This document shows, in pieces, positions 59,721 through 61,254 of a stretch of 61,254 bases of DNA. Position numbers and translations under genes: made by a program. Under the pieces are notes generated by a model, which did not search any database, was not told the DNA's origin, and saw only the letters and a list, made by a program, of their open reading frames with translations. Positions within the stretch are counted from its first letter, which is position 1, and every line of letters begins with the position of its first letter. This DNA is from a virus (taxonomy: Duplodnaviria; Caudoviricetes), in IMG/VR virus record IMGVR_UViG_3300032309_001297, positions 1 through 61,254 of that record, one strand, 5' to 3'.

Positions 59721-59968
59721 GAACAACAACTTTAAAATTTGTTGTTTCTGGAGATAGCTACGAAGAGTTGTCTCAGGCTGCTGACGCAGCTATCTCCAAG
59801 TTTTTAGGTGCTCATAGTGATGACGAAGATGACGAAGAGTTTGAACTTGAACCACCTAGTCACTCTATTAACTATGAATTAATTGTCTCAGAGATTACTG
59901 AAATAACAAGTGAATATCAATACACAGCCGAAGTCATAGCGAGGATAAAAGATGTTAGACAACAATAA
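59717..59968 (+). CDS. acidic hypothetical protein
   Basis: ATGA-coupled ORF. Confidence 0.65.
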   Translation: MRTTTLKFVVSGDSYEELSQAADAAISKFLGAHSDDEDDEEFELEPPSHSINYELIVSEITEITSEYQYTAEVIARIKDVRQQ

Positions 59969-60311
59969 CAAGAGTGAAACATCAAACCCAACAAACGTAA
60001 CAGTTACAGTTAATACTGAAGAGACACCTGCAAGAGTTGAAGCTCTTCGCGAGGCTGCTCGAATTATTAATGGAGACCGTAATAAACAGTACGGTGGTCC
60101 AGAAGAGAACTTTACAAACATTGCAAAGATTTGGGAAGTAATCTTTCAACGTCCATTCACAACAGAAGATGTTGCAATGGCTATGGTTGGCGTAAAGCTA
60201 GCTAGATTTGTTTCTAATTCTGGATTTCAGCCAGATACTTGGATTGACATTGCTGGCTATGCTGGCTGTGGTTACGAGGTTGCAAAGAAGCTATACAACG
60301 AGCCTAAGTAA
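59952..60311 (+). CDS. DUF6378-like protein
   Basis: GDRNKQYG.P.ENF..IA..W...K.AR...D...DIAGYA. Confidence 0.8.
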   Translation: MLDNNNKSETSNPTNVTVTVNTEETPARVEALREAARIINGDRNKQYGGPEENFTNIAKIWEVIFQRPFTTEDVAMAMVGVKLARFVSNSGFQPDTWIDIAGYAGCGYEVAKKLYNEPK

Positions 60312-60322
60312 AGAATCTCTAT

Positions 60323-60604
60323 ATGACCTTAAAAGGCCCGTGGGAATTTACAGAACCAGCTTGTGCTCAAGTTGGAACTACATTTTTTTATCTTAAAGAC
60401 TTAGACGACCCAGACCAAGGTATGGAAGAAGGCAATTATTTAATTGCCAAAAAAATTTGTGACACTTGCATTCATAAAATTGAATGTGCTCAGTGGGGTA
60501 TTGCCAATGAGACGCATGGTGTATGGGGCGGTCTAACACCTAAAGAACGTCGCTCTCTTAAACGTGGGAGAAGCGCACATCTTTTAGAATCCCTATCTCA
60601 GTAG
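60323..60604 (+). CDS. whiB: WhiB-family transcription factor
   Basis: C..AKKICDTC....C, GVWGGLTPKER. Confidence 0.92.
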   Translation: MTLKGPWEFTEPACAQVGTTFFYLKDLDDPDQGMEEGNYLIAKKICDTCIHKIECAQWGIANETHGVWGGLTPKERRSLKRGRSAHLLESLSQ

Positions 60605-60620
60605 GTAGTAAACTAGGTAT

Positions 60621-60923
60621 ATGAGCGGTGAACAACTTCAAGCCCCCATGTCCCTCTGCGAGGTGTGCTGGTTGAAAGACCATGCCAGATGGGAACCAGA
60701 AAGTATGGATAGCAGTGGAGATATCCTTATGCGTCTAACTGGGGTCGATGTTCCAGTGAAGGTGAATACTGGAGCTGTAGAAGTTTGCACTAATTGCGGG
60801 AACATCACGGTGGCTGGCATCTTTGAAATGCAAGATCCAAAAGTTGTTTTCTTCACAACAGATAATCTCCCTACCAGCTCATTAACCTCCCTAAGAGAGA
60901 AAGAAGAGGAAGGTGAGCTATGA
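60621..60923 (+). CDS. hypothetical zinc-binding protein, probably leaderless
   Basis: CEVC and CTNC; TAAACT 6 nt before ATG. Confidence 0.7.
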   Translation: MSGEQLQAPMSLCEVCWLKDHARWEPESMDSSGDILMRLTGVDVPVKVNTGAVEVCTNCGNITVAGIFEMQDPKVVFFTTDNLPTSSLTSLREKEEEGEL

Positions 60924-61254
60924 AGGATGTAAGAATTGGTGAGTCTCTATGGCATCAATGGAGCGGCTCTGGCTACTACGAAGTCACCGAAACAGAGCTT
61001 ATTTACTTCACTGAAGACCATGTAGATATGGAAAATGAAATAGTCCGTAGGGCTCTTGCTTCTACGCTACAAAGGGATGGCATCTCTGACTCGTTGTCTG
61101 ATGGGTTCAAACTTATTGTTGATGGCTATGTTGAGTTCGGCTGGGCTGGCACCATAGAAGGTGAAAAAGAATGGAGCGTCTGCGACGAGCATGGCGAAAC
61201 AAACTATGGTGATTTTGTAGAAGATATAATCGCTGTTACTTGGATAGAAATTTA
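60920..61254 (+). CDS. hypothetical protein (runs to window edge)
   Basis: ATGA-coupled open frame MKDVRIGESLW... Confidence 0.65.
   Translation, partial: MKDVRIGESLWHQWSGSGYYEVTETELIYFTEDHVDMENEIVRRALASTLQRDGISDSLSDGFKLIVDGYVEFGWAGTIEGEKEWSVCDEHGETNYGDFVEDIIAVTWIEI

Noticed and set aside
1-61254. Genome-wide stop-codon reassignment
   Set aside because: TAA, TAG and TGA all end clear genes, and very long ORFs are intact in the standard code; only two internal stops were seen.

Overview
A 61-kb segment of a tailed dsDNA phage (siphovirus-type), most likely of an Actinobacterial host (WhiB, DUF1360-like gene before the portal, hexamer/pentamer-type capsid genes, apparent leaderless genes). 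Three zones: (1) 1-13.4 kb, small early/accessory genes under about 11 sigma-70-type promoters, with several DNA motif families and ending in a repeat-rich non-coding segment that may be a genome end or origin; (2) 13.5-51.3 kb, virion genes: portal, three modular head-associated proteins (445, 3147 and about 1755 aa), scaffold-capsid fusion, tail, tape measure, baseplate, fibre; (3) 51.4-61.2 kb, replication/recombination genes. No terminase large subunit, integrase, tRNA or CRISPR array was recognised. Main observations: a strand-polar Chi-like TGCGG pentamer and a quasi-regularly spaced GGGTAAAAA nonamer concentrated in the first 13.7 kb; a recurring hydrophobic-x-A-[A/S/G] linker motif suggesting protease-processed head polyproteins, including a 3147-aa multi-enzyme cargo; and single in-frame stops in the tape measure and DNA polymerase genes. 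All domain calls and counts are by eye and need computational confirmation.
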